Origin: Candidatus Latescibacterota bacterium
GTDB taxonomy: Bacteria > Latescibacterota > UBA2968 > GCA-2709665
NCBI GenBank assembly: GCA_965219995.1
Contig: CBDCOX010000002.1
Location: 2,172,918-2,236,917, forward strand
Direction of reading: 5' to 3'
Length of the DNA stretch: 64,000 bases
Shown: positions 35,833 to 44,269 of the stretch, in pieces
Position numbering within the stretch: position 1 is the first letter of the stretch
Layout of the letters: every line of letters starts with the position of its first letter
The notes under the pieces: generated by a model
The model's database searches: none
What the model was told of the DNA's origin: nothing
What the model saw: only the letters and a program-made list of their open reading frames with translations
Translations under genes and position numbers: made by a program

Positions 35833-36207
35833 TTACACGACCTTTCTCAGCTTGCTTGCAGTGGCGTCCGGTCCGGCGGCTCCCGGGTCTGCCTTCTTGA
35901 GGACACCAGACAGTCTCGTGGTCCTCAGTGTCTTGTCGACACTTCCGGATACGCCGCTCAACTTCAGTTCGCCGCCTGCGCCCCTGACAGTCTTCAGACC
36001 GCTGATCAACTCTCCAATCATGGCAGCGCCGACAAACTTCAATTTTGACAGGTCGACCACGACCGTCCGGGCCCCGCTGTTCGCCAGGTTTCGTATTTTG
36101 CGTCGCAGCGGCGCCACTTCCGACCTGGCGACGGGGTCGCCGCTGACGGAGACAATGACCGCTCCGCCCTGAATGCGTTCGCCGACGTCAATGCGCCTCG
36201 AATTCAT
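35833..36207 (-). CDS. STAS-domain anti-sigma-factor-antagonist-like protein (non-phosphorylatable)
   Basis: MNSRRIDVGERIQGGAVIVSVSGD...VVDLSKLKFVGAAMIGEL: SpoIIAA fold, but the conserved Ser/Thr position carries Ala (GAAM instead of DSSG); AGAGGGA RBS before ATG 36207. Confidence 0.7.
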   Translation of the reverse strand: MNSRRIDVGERIQGGAVIVSVSGDPVARSEVAPLRRKIRNLANSGARTVVVDLSKLKFVGAAMIGELISGLKTVRGAGGELKLSGVSGSVDKTLRTTRLSGVLKKADPGAAGPDATASKLRKVV

Positions 36208-36298
36208 CGTACAATCCCTCTTGTTTTTGTGTAAATCCGGTCCGCGTGGGACAGTCCGGTGATTCCTGCCATTGGATTTCATCCGATTCCGGCGTCCC

Positions 36299-36514
36299 TT
36301 ACGACGTTTCCCCCGGGCTTCCTCGATCGAGCTTTTCGTCGATCGCGATCATGATTTCCTGGATATCGGTAAGCCGCCGATCCAGGTCGTCCAGCCGGGC
36401 GTTCAATCGATCCTCGACTTTGCCGGGCACGGAACCCTTGGTCTGTCGATCCACATATTTCAGTACAGCCGACGCAAGAACAATCAGCGCAACGCCAACA
36501 CCGACTTCAAACAT
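36299..36514 (-). CDS. PspB-like membrane protein, paralog 3 (71 aa, single TM)
   Basis: MFEVGVGVALIVLASAVL TM then VEDRLNARLDDLDRRLTDIQEIMIAIDEKL; GGAGGGA RBS. Confidence 0.7.
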   Translation of the reverse strand: MFEVGVGVALIVLASAVLKYVDRQTKGSVPGKVEDRLNARLDDLDRRLTDIQEIMIAIDEKLDRGSPGETS

Positions 36515-36540
36515 GACATCCCTCCGTCATATGCAGGATT

Positions 36541-37170
36541 TCAGAGTTCATCCACTGGTTTTGCCTGGCGTTTTTCCTGACCGCGTTCAATTTCAGGAAA
36601 ATAGTACACGACGAGTCCGGATTCGGAGACGCGCACCTCGGCGCTGCCTTTCTCGCCCAATGTGCGCAGGATCTCCTCCGCCTTCTCTACGGTCATCCGC
36701 CCATCGGTTGCGGCTTCCAGCACGGTGAGGCTGCCTCCCTTTTCGCGGGCGAGCCTGAGCAGGCGATGCTGATATTGCGCATATCGCTTCCGGTCGGCCG
36801 ATTCGTGCGCCGTGCGTCCCGCAAGCCTGAATACAAGCGCGCCGGTCAGGGCCAGGATAAACAGCAACGCCTCCGGGTGGAACGAGCGCTCGACAATGCC
36901 GATGACGAAGGGGACAATCGCGGCGAATACACACAAGATCGCGGCAGCTTTCAGGAAGTGTCCGAGGACGTATCGCATGTCGCAGCTCCAATTGATGGCC
37001 ATGTCCGAAATCCGAGTCGACAGACCCGCGGACCGTGCACGGCAAGCCTGACGCGGGTATTGCCGTCCATCGCCGCCCTTACGGGCCGCCTCCACGGCCT
37101 TTTTCGCATCGCGTACGGCATTCCTGACTTCATACGCGATCTCGTCCAGAATTTTCTGTACCTCACGCAT
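36541..37170 (-). CDS. membrane protein translationally coupled to pspA (function unknown; LiaI/PspM-like role inferred)
   Basis: Start ATG overlaps pspA stop (ATGCGTGA, 8-nt overlap); amphipathic N-terminus, 2-3 TM helices, C-terminal soluble domain. Confidence 0.6.
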   Translation of the reverse strand: MREVQKILDEIAYEVRNAVRDAKKAVEAARKGGDGRQYPRQACRARSAGLSTRISDMAINWSCDMRYVLGHFLKAAAILCVFAAIVPFVIGIVERSFHPEALLFILALTGALVFRLAGRTAHESADRKRYAQYQHRLLRLAREKGGSLTVLEAATDGRMTVEKAEEILRTLGEKGSAEVRVSESGLVVYYFPEIERGQEKRQAKPVDEL

Positions 37171-37840
37171 CGGACTTGCGCATCCTGTCTTTCAGGGCCT
37201 GCAGTTCCTCTTCCACGGTGTTCTGCCGTTCCAGCTTTTCGAATGAGTCTTCGAGCGAAGGATCTTCTCCCGCAATTTCGGCGTGCGCATGGGCCTCTGC
37301 TTCTTCGGTCTCCACCCGATTCCGGAAGCGCTCAAAGCTCGAAAACGCGTCGTCGCCGACACCCGAAAGTCCCTGGGCGATCTGCTTTCTCGCCTGAGCG
37401 GCGCGACGCCGGGCGATAAGAGCGCCCTGACGGGTGCGTGCCTCGTCCAGTTTGGATTTGAGTTGCGTTAATTGCTTCTTGAGCTGATCGGAGGTCTTGT
37501 GGCTTTCGTCGAAAGCGACTTCCAGATCCAGGGCGGCTCTTTCAACCGCGGCTTTTCGTTCCAGCGCGCGCCGCGCCAGGTCGTCTTCGCCGGACTCGAC
37601 GGCCAGCTCGGCCTTCTTCTGCCAGGACTCGATCTGGTCCGTCTTGTCCAGCAATTGACGCTCAAGGCGTTTTTCGTTGGCAACGGCGGTGCCGACGGAC
37701 GCGGTTGCCTTGTTGACGGCCTCTTCCATTTCAAGGATCATCTGCCGGATCATCTTTTCCGGATCTTCGGCGCGATTCAGAAGATCGTTGATGTTGGCCT
37801 TGACGATGTCCGCCATGCGGGAGAAGATTCCTTTGGCCAC
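37163..37840 (-). CDS. pspA: phage shock protein A / IM30 / Vipp1 family protein
   Basis: MAKGIFSRMADIVKANINDLLNRAEDPEKMIRQMILEMEEAV... canonical PspA N-terminus, coiled-coil throughout. Confidence 0.9.
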   Translation of the reverse strand: MAKGIFSRMADIVKANINDLLNRAEDPEKMIRQMILEMEEAVNKATASVGTAVANEKRLERQLLDKTDQIESWQKKAELAVESGEDDLARRALERKAAVERAALDLEVAFDESHKTSDQLKKQLTQLKSKLDEARTRQGALIARRRAAQARKQIAQGLSGVGDDAFSSFERFRNRVETEEAEAHAHAEIAGEDPSLEDSFEKLERQNTVEEELQALKDRMRKSDA

Positions 37841-37931
37841 TGTCTTTCTCCTTTCTATCGTAGGCTTCTTGACCCCACGAGGGTGGAAAAATCCGATTTC
37901 CTGTAATTATTCAAGGTCCTGCCGACATTCC

Positions 37932-37947
37932 TTGCAAGTATCGTACC
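37932..37947 (-). promoter_or_regulatory. putative sigma54 (-24/-12) promoter for pspA operon
   Basis: Minus-strand GGGTACG-ATAC-TTGCA vs consensus TGGCACG-N4-TTGCW, ~95 nt upstream of pspA ATG; locus encodes a sigma54-dependent activator. Confidence 0.45.
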
Positions 37948-38215
37948 CGTTTTACAAAATAGGCGATCCCGATGTTAAATGTCGGTATTTACTGGCTTTA
38001 TACTGACACGTGAAATCATGTCACCAATAGAAGTTGGTGAAAAACGCCGTACACAAGGCGAAAACGACCGGATCGAATGGCCGTGGAGTGCCTGATCATG
38101 AACGGAGCCGGCTTGTCTTTTGGGGACAAATGGCGTAATATCTGGGGTGTTCTGCCGGTTGAACCCGACCGGTGCGGTCGCTGTTTCATTCGAGTCTCCG
38201 CGTTGGACCATAGTC

Positions 38216-39337
38216 ATGAAAAACTGTCGCCATCTGCGTCTGTTCAGTGTCGCACTCTGCGTGGTCATGTTGCTTGCCAGCCCCCTTGCCGGGCTCTCGC
38301 TTGTACACAAGGTCCGGAAAGGGGAATCTCTCTGGTCCATTGCCCGGCAGTGGGGAACGAGCATCCGGGAGATCAAGCGAATCAACAAGCTGCGCACCAA
38401 CAACGTCTATCCGGGCCAGGTGCTACGCCTGGGCGCGCGGATCGTCAAATACGACGCGGCGAACGGTCCGTACTACTGGCGAAAGCCGAAGGCGTCAAGG
38501 CAAAGGCACCGGAACTATTCCGAAAGGGCGCGCTCCGCCCCGAGTGTGGATTATCGCCGGGCCCAGGCCCTTTTGCGCGCCTTCGACAACGAGATTCTCG
38601 CCAAGGCGCCCAAGAGAAGAAGGAAACCGCTGAAGGGCTGGTGGATCGTGCTCGACCCGGGGCACGGCGGCATCGATCCGGGCGCGATCGTTTCCAATTT
38701 GACGGGCAAGAAACGACGGGTCTACGTGGTCGAAGACGAATACGTGTATGATATTGCGCTGCGAATGTACAAGAAACTCCGGCTCCTGGGCGCGGAGGTG
38801 ACACTCACGGTGATCAGCCCCAATCATCTGATTCGGGAAAACCAAACGGCCAAAATTACATTTGTCCACGAAAAGAACGAAGTCTATAACGATGAACGGT
38901 ACAACCGGAGGAATTCGGAGAAGGTACGCCCCAGGAGCGCCAATATCTCACAGCGCGTCCGGGTTGCAAACCGCTTCGTCAAGCGGGCGCGCGGGGGCAG
39001 GAGCCTGTTTGTCTCGGTACACGCGGACAACACTCCCGGACGATCCAGGGGGCCCCTGGCGATCTATCATAAACGGCGGGGCAGGGTTGACAGCCGGTCC
39101 AGGGCGTTCGCCCGTGTCATGCGTTCGGTCCTGCACCGGCGGGACCTTCCGGCTCGGGTTCAGGGGCGGAACCTTGCGGTATTGCGGAACAATCTGGCCC
39201 ACGCGGAGATTCTGGTCGAGGTCCACAACGTCCACTATACGCACGACGCCTATCAGATCCGGTACCATGAACATCGGGAGCGCGACGCGGATCGGCTGGT
39301 AAACGGCATCCTGGCGTATGCCAGAAAACGTCGATGA
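38216..39337 (+). CDS. LysM-domain N-acetylmuramoyl-L-alanine amidase (Amidase_3 family)
   Basis: Signal peptide MKNCRHLRLFSVALCVVMLLA; LysM (HKVRKGESLWSIARQWGTSIREIKRIN); amidase motifs LDPGHGGIDPGA...SVHADN. Confidence 0.8.
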   Translation: MKNCRHLRLFSVALCVVMLLASPLAGLSLVHKVRKGESLWSIARQWGTSIREIKRINKLRTNNVYPGQVLRLGARIVKYDAANGPYYWRKPKASRQRHRNYSERARSAPSVDYRRAQALLRAFDNEILAKAPKRRRKPLKGWWIVLDPGHGGIDPGAIVSNLTGKKRRVYVVEDEYVYDIALRMYKKLRLLGAEVTLTVISPNHLIRENQTAKITFVHEKNEVYNDERYNRRNSEKVRPRSANISQRVRVANRFVKRARGGRSLFVSVHADNTPGRSRGPLAIYHKRRGRVDSRSRAFARVMRSVLHRRDLPARVQGRNLAVLRNNLAHAEILVEVHNVHYTHDAYQIRYHEHRERDADRLVNGILAYARKRR

Positions 39338-39432
39338 TTCCCCGGACATCGCGCACGCACGTCGCAGTGGATGGCTATTGGCGTACGTACCTGTACGACG
39401 GCTGCCGAGGCTGAAGAACGGCAGCCTCCGAA

Positions 39433-41877
39433 CTATCGCATGAATCTCCGGATCCGAAGTGAATTCGAGATGACCGAGACCGAACTCAGGGCCATGGCGC
39501 CGGCCGCGACCATGGGACCCCCGAGCGGATTGAGCAGGCCGAGTGCGGCGACCGGAATCAGCAGGACGTTGTAGACGAACGCCCAGAACAGGTTCTGGCG
39601 GATCGTGCGCATGGTCCGGCCCGACAGGCGGATGGCGGTCTCTATTCCTGACAGGCTGCCGGACATCAGGGTGATGTCCGCGGTTTCCATGGCAACGCCC
39701 GTACCGGTCCCCATGGCGATGCCGACATCCGCGGTCGCGAGGGCGGGCGCGTCGTTGACGCCGTCCCCGACCATGGCCACACGGTGACGCCCGGTTTGCA
39801 TTGCTGCGATCCGGGCGGCCTTCTCTTCGGGAGTTACCCCGGCAGCGACCCTCGCGATCCCTGCCTGTTCGGCGATGGCGCGGGCGGTTTTCTCGTTGTC
39901 TCCGGTGAGGAGGACGACGTCAAGTTCCAGTGACTTGAGATCTGAAACGGCGCGGACAACGTCCGGTTTCAGAACGTCTGCTACGCCGATGAGCCCCTCT
40001 ACCTGATCGTCTACAGCGACGAACAGGACCGTTTTGCCGCCGGCTTCCAGACGCGCTGCCCGCGCATCCAGATTGTCAGGTACCATCGTACGGGATTCCA
40101 TCAGACGCCGGTTGCCCAGAAGAATGGTGCGACCGGCCTTTTTTGCGCGCACGCCCAGCCCTGGCAGGGCTTCGAATTCCACCGAATCTTCAATCTTCTG
40201 CCCCCGTTCCCGCGCCGCGTTGCGGACGGCCTCTCCGAGGGGGTGTTCGGAACCCTGTTCGACGGCCGCCGCCAAATTGAGAAGTTCCGTTTCCGAGCGG
40301 GATCCGGCGGTGACGAGATCGGTCACGACGGGCCGACCGGTAGTCAGCGTGCCTGTCTTGTCCAGGACAATCGTGTCGAGCCTGTGCGCGGATTCGAGGA
40401 CGTCGCCGCCCTTGATGAGAACCCCCAGTTCCGCCGCACGGCCGGTGCCCACCAGAATGGCGGTGGGTGTGGCCAGGCCGAGCGCGCACGGACAGGCGAT
40501 GATGAGGACCGCAACGGCGTTGAGCAGCGCGTCGGGATTTCCGGATCCTGAACCCGCGATCCACCACAGGGCGAACGTCATCACCGCAATTCCGAAAACC
40601 ACGGGTACAAAAATACCGGCAACGCGGTCCGCGACGCGCTGAACGGGCGCGCGCGCGCCCTGAGCCTGGCGCACCATCCGAACAATTCGCGCATGCACCG
40701 TCTCGGCGCCGACCTGCGAAGCCTGGAAAGTGAAGCTTCCCGTCCTGTTGAGCGTTGCCCCGAGGACACGGCTGCCGGCGCCTTTCTCAACGGGGAGGCT
40801 TTCGCCCGTGATCACGGATTCGTCAACGCCCGATCGCCCGTCCTGAACAACCCCGTCCACCGGGATTCTGTCGCCCGGTCTGATGCGAAGCAGGTCTCCA
40901 ACGGCGACGTCGTCCACGGAAACGACCAACTCTTCCCCATCGCGAATCACGCAGGCGGTCTCCGGGCGAAGGTCCATCAACCCGCGGATCGCTTCGGTGG
41001 TGAGCCCGCGGGAGCGGATCTCCAGGACCCGTCCCAGAAGGATCAGGGTAACGATCATCGCTGAAGTGTCGAAGTAGACGTTGACGGGCTGTCCTGCTCC
41101 CGCGACGGACGCGGGCGCCAGCACGCCGGCGACGCTGTATCCGTACGCCGCGAGCGTGCCGACGGCGATGAGGCTGTTCATGTCTGCAGTCCCGTGGCGC
41201 AGACCGTTCCAGAACCCACTGAGAAATCGCCAGCCGCACCAGAATTGCACGGGGGTTGCCAGGACGAACAGCAACAGATGCACCTCTCGCGTGGAGAACG
41301 GCGTGCCATGGATTTTGTGCGTCATCCCCGCACCCATAATGAGGGTTGACAGCACCGCCCCAACGACGAGACGAACCCACACCGAACGGCGATCCGTCAG
41401 TTCCGTCGCCTGGTCTTCGTCTTCTCCGGTTGCACGCTCCTCCAGGACCGTTGCGCCGTATCCGGCATCGACCGCCGCCCCTGTGAGGAAGGACGCGTCA
41501 ACGTGGAGATGGCGAACGGTTGCCTGACCGGTTGCGAAGTTGACCGTGGCGTCAATGACGCCGGGTATCCCGTTCAATGCATCTTCGACGCGGGAAACGC
41601 ATGCGGCACAGCTCATGCCGCGAATGACGAGCGCCGTTTCCGCGATGCGCAGCCCGTAGCCGAGACGCTCGATTCTCCGGACAAGCTGCTCCTCGTCGGC
41701 CTGATCGGGACTGAGCAGCAATGTCGCCTCCGCCGTCGCGAAGTTGACGGCCACCTCGTTTACGCCGCTGATTTCCTGCAGTTCTTTCTGGATCCGGGCG
41801 GCGCAGGCGGCACAACTCATGCCGCTGACGGGCACGGTCAGGCGGACGGCGGGGTTCGTTTCGAGAATTCGGGACAT
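39433..41877 (-). CDS. copA: copper-translocating P1B-type ATPase
   Basis: Two N-terminal HMA domains ([22 protein letters not shown]), CPC motif [19 protein letters not shown] phosphorylation site, [10 protein letters not shown]. Confidence 0.9.
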   Translation of the reverse strand: MSRILETNPAVRLTVPVSGMSCAACAARIQKELQEISGVNEVAVNFATAEATLLLSPDQADEEQLVRRIERLGYGLRIAETALVIRGMSCAACVSRVEDALNGIPGVIDATVNFATGQATVRHLHVDASFLTGAAVDAGYGATVLEERATGEDEDQATELTDRRSVWVRLVVGAVLSTLIMGAGMTHKIHGTPFSTREVHLLLFVLATPVQFWCGWRFLSGFWNGLRHGTADMNSLIAVGTLAAYGYSVAGVLAPASVAGAGQPVNVYFDTSAMIVTLILLGRVLEIRSRGLTTEAIRGLMDLRPETACVIRDGEELVVSVDDVAVGDLLRIRPGDRIPVDGVVQDGRSGVDESVITGESLPVEKGAGSRVLGATLNRTGSFTFQASQVGAETVHARIVRMVRQAQGARAPVQRVADRVAGIFVPVVFGIAVMTFALWWIAGSGSGNPDALLNAVAVLIIACPCALGLATPTAILVGTGRAAELGVLIKGGDVLESAHRLDTIVLDKTGTLTTGRPVVTDLVTAGSRSETELLNLAAAVEQGSEHPLGEAVRNAARERGQKIEDSVEFEALPGLGVRAKKAGRTILLGNRRLMESRTMVPDNLDARAARLEAGGKTVLFVAVDDQVEGLIGVADVLKPDVVRAVSDLKSLELDVVLLTGDNEKTARAIAEQAGIARVAAGVTPEEKAARIAAMQTGRHRVAMVGDGVNDAPALATADVGIAMGTGTGVAMETADITLMSGSLSGIETAIRLSGRTMRTIRQNLFWAFVYNVLLIPVAALGLLNPLGGPMVAAGAMALSSVSVISNSLRIRRFMR

Positions 41878-42126
41878 GGTCCCCTTTCATTCAAAACACA
41901 GAACTCACATGGATAAACATGATGGACAGGATAAAAACCAAAAAGCGCGACATAAACACAAGAATACAGACATCAGAAACTACGAAACACGCGAAAAAAA
42001 CGAAACACACATGAATGGACTGGATGGGCGGGAAAAAGTCAAAAAGCGCGGGAATACGAGGAGCGGCAGGGAATCGAATCACCATAGGCCGCAGGTCGTC
42101 TCTCCGACCACGCTGAAACCCCAGCG

Positions 42127-43122
42127 TTACGCGGGACCAGAAAAATGGTCGAAACCGCGCGTCTTCAGTTCCGTTTTCGCACCCAGCGCATCTTCGAGAT
42201 GGATACGTCCGTCCCCGGCCTCGATCCGCCCGATGCGGCGGATCCGTGTTCCGGCGGCGAGCGCCTCGATCTCACGATTGCCTCCGGGCGCCGCCGTAAA
42301 CAGCAGTTCATAGTCCTCCCCACCGGTAATCGACAGACTCCGGGATTCCGGGGTCGAGCATTCGCAGAATCGGCGGAACGCCGGTGAAACCGGAATCTCC
42401 GTTTCCCTAATTACCCCGGAAACCCCGCTCTGCGTGCAGATGTGGCGTAAATCCGACGCCATCCCGTCCGAAAGATCCAGCATCGCCGTCACGGCGCCCG
42501 ATGCCGCCAGCGCCTGACCCAACTTCACCCTGGGCACCGGCCGGTGGTGCCTGCCCAGCAGAAACTCCCGGTCGTCCGCAGAAAGCCTGATCTCGCCGCC
42601 CATCGCCAGCTTCAACCCCGCCGCGGAGTCCCCAAGGGTGCCGGACACGTAAATCTGATCGCCGGGGCGGGCGCCTGAGCGGTAGCACACACGGTCATGA
42701 TCCATCTCGCCGGTCAGCGTCAGATTCATCACCAGCGGCCCGGTACTCCGCGTTGTGTCGCCCCCCACGACGTTCACGCCAAAAAGCGACGCCAATGCGC
42801 GCAATCCAACATATACGCGCTCCATGTAGTCAATGTCGAAATCGGGTGGAACCGCCACCGAAACCAGCGCCTCCCGTGGCTCCCCGCCCATCGCTGCGAC
42901 GTCTGAAAGACTGACGGCGAGCAGCTTGTGACCCAGCGACCCTGCATCGGACGCTCCGACCTCGAAATGCACGCCTTCTACCATCAGATCGGTCGTGATG
43001 AGGCGCACCCGGTCGCGTCCGCACGACATCACGGCGCAATCGTCCCCGATACCACGCCGTACGCCCTCCGTCCGCGACCATCCTGCCGCCGCAATCCGCT
43101 CGATAAATTCGAATTCTCCCAT
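42127..43122 (-). CDS. thiL: thiamine-monophosphate kinase
   Basis: MGEFEFIERI...GIGDDCAV... AIR-synthase-related fold; start chosen at MGEFEFI (ORF open to 43218). Confidence 0.75.
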   Translation of the reverse strand: MGEFEFIERIAAAGWSRTEGVRRGIGDDCAVMSCGRDRVRLITTDLMVEGVHFEVGASDAGSLGHKLLAVSLSDVAAMGGEPREALVSVAVPPDFDIDYMERVYVGLRALASLFGVNVVGGDTTRSTGPLVMNLTLTGEMDHDRVCYRSGARPGDQIYVSGTLGDSAAGLKLAMGGEIRLSADDREFLLGRHHRPVPRVKLGQALAASGAVTAMLDLSDGMASDLRHICTQSGVSGVIRETEIPVSPAFRRFCECSTPESRSLSITGGEDYELLFTAAPGGNREIEALAAGTRIRRIGRIEAGDGRIHLEDALGAKTELKTRGFDHFSGPA

Positions 43123-43214
43123 TTCCCGAAACGTCGTCACGGGTTCTCCACCGGAATCGTCGATACGCTCCGTCAAGCAAAGGGCAGGAGAGTGCGGACA
43201 CGGGGCGGACCGGC

Positions 43215-43982
43215 TCACGCGGAACGCTCGCGCCGCCGCTGCCAGGCCACGACTTCCGCGTAGGGAACGTCGCCGCCGAATATGTCCAGTGCGCTGCCGA
43301 TGGTCAGACCCACGCGCCCTTTCCCCAATCTCTCGACGCGGTCCAGGTCTTCCAGCCGCCGGGCGCCGCCAGCGTACGTCACTTCGATGGGCGATTCGAC
43401 TCCGAGCATCTCCACAAGCGAGTCTTCAATCCCCGTGCGCTTTCCCTCGACGTCCACCCCGTGCACAAGGAAGCCGTCGCAGAATTCCGAAAGCCAGGCC
43501 AGCGTTGGACCGTGCACCTGGACGCTGGTGAACTTCTGCCACTGGTCGGTTACCACCAGATACGCATCGCCCTGTCTTCGGCAGCTCAGATCCAGCACCA
43601 GCCTGTCACGACCTACAGTGTCCACCATCATGTCCAGTCGGTCGGCATCCACGCGCCCGTCTCGAAACACATACGAAGTGACGATCACGTGGCTGGCGCC
43701 GGCGTCCAGATATCGCTGCGCGTTCTCCGGCCGGATGCCGCCGCCCACCCGGAACCCCCCGGGCCAGGCGGACAGCGCCGACAGGGCGGCGGACTCGTTG
43801 CCCGGGCCCAGCATGATGACGTGGCCTCCCGGCAGGTTGTCGGTCCTGTACAGCTCCGCGTAGTCGGCCGCCGCACGGTCTGTCTCAAAGTTCGTCGCCG
43901 GCGTTCCACCGCCTCGCACGGACCCACCCACAATTTGCACCACGCGCCCGCCGCGCAGATCGATACACGGCCTGAAATTCAC
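43215..43982 (-). CDS. hisA: ProFAR isomerase (HisA), eukaryote-type His6 family
   Basis: NFRPCIDLRGGRVVQIVGG...LDLSCRR...FLVHGVDVEG...YAGGA...LTIGSALDIFGG colinear with yeast His6; GTG start at 43982 inferred (ORF open to 44069). Confidence 0.65.
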   Translation of the reverse strand: MNFRPCIDLRGGRVVQIVGGSVRGGGTPATNFETDRAAADYAELYRTDNLPGGHVIMLGPGNESAALSALSAWPGGFRVGGGIRPENAQRYLDAGASHVIVTSYVFRDGRVDADRLDMMVDTVGRDRLVLDLSCRRQGDAYLVVTDQWQKFTSVQVHGPTLAWLSEFCDGFLVHGVDVEGKRTGIEDSLVEMLGVESPIEVTYAGGARRLEDLDRVERLGKGRVGLTIGSALDIFGGDVPYAEVVAWQRRRERSA

Positions 43983-44164
43983 GGAGTTGCCTCGCTGCAG
44001 ACGGAAAATCGGACGGCCGCGCCATACGACGCCCGATGCCGGAACCGTGCAGGCTTCCTGCGTTGTCACCGCACCCGTCTCGCCCGGAAGGTCCGGAAGA
44101 CAGCCGTTTCAATATAACGTACAATACCACTCACTTCAACCCTCGCCCAGCCGCTACAAGGCTA

Positions 44165-44192
44165 AGAAAAAACCGGAGGCTCGCGCCTCCGG
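44165..44192 (-). terminator. rho-independent terminator downstream of RND permease gene
   Basis: Minus-strand ccggaggcGCGAgcctccgg hairpin followed by TTTTTT. Confidence 0.6.
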
Positions 44193-44269
44193 CGTTGACA
44201 TCGCGCATTTGGAAGACCACTTCAACAACCACCCCGGGAAACCGCCCGCCATTGGCCTCGGGGATCCGT

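Noticed and set aside
39395-39430. Hairpin ggctgccg...cggcagcc between amidase and copA
   Set aside because: The stem is present but no flanking T-run lies on either strand. It may be a weak or Rho-dependent site, so it is not called as a terminator.
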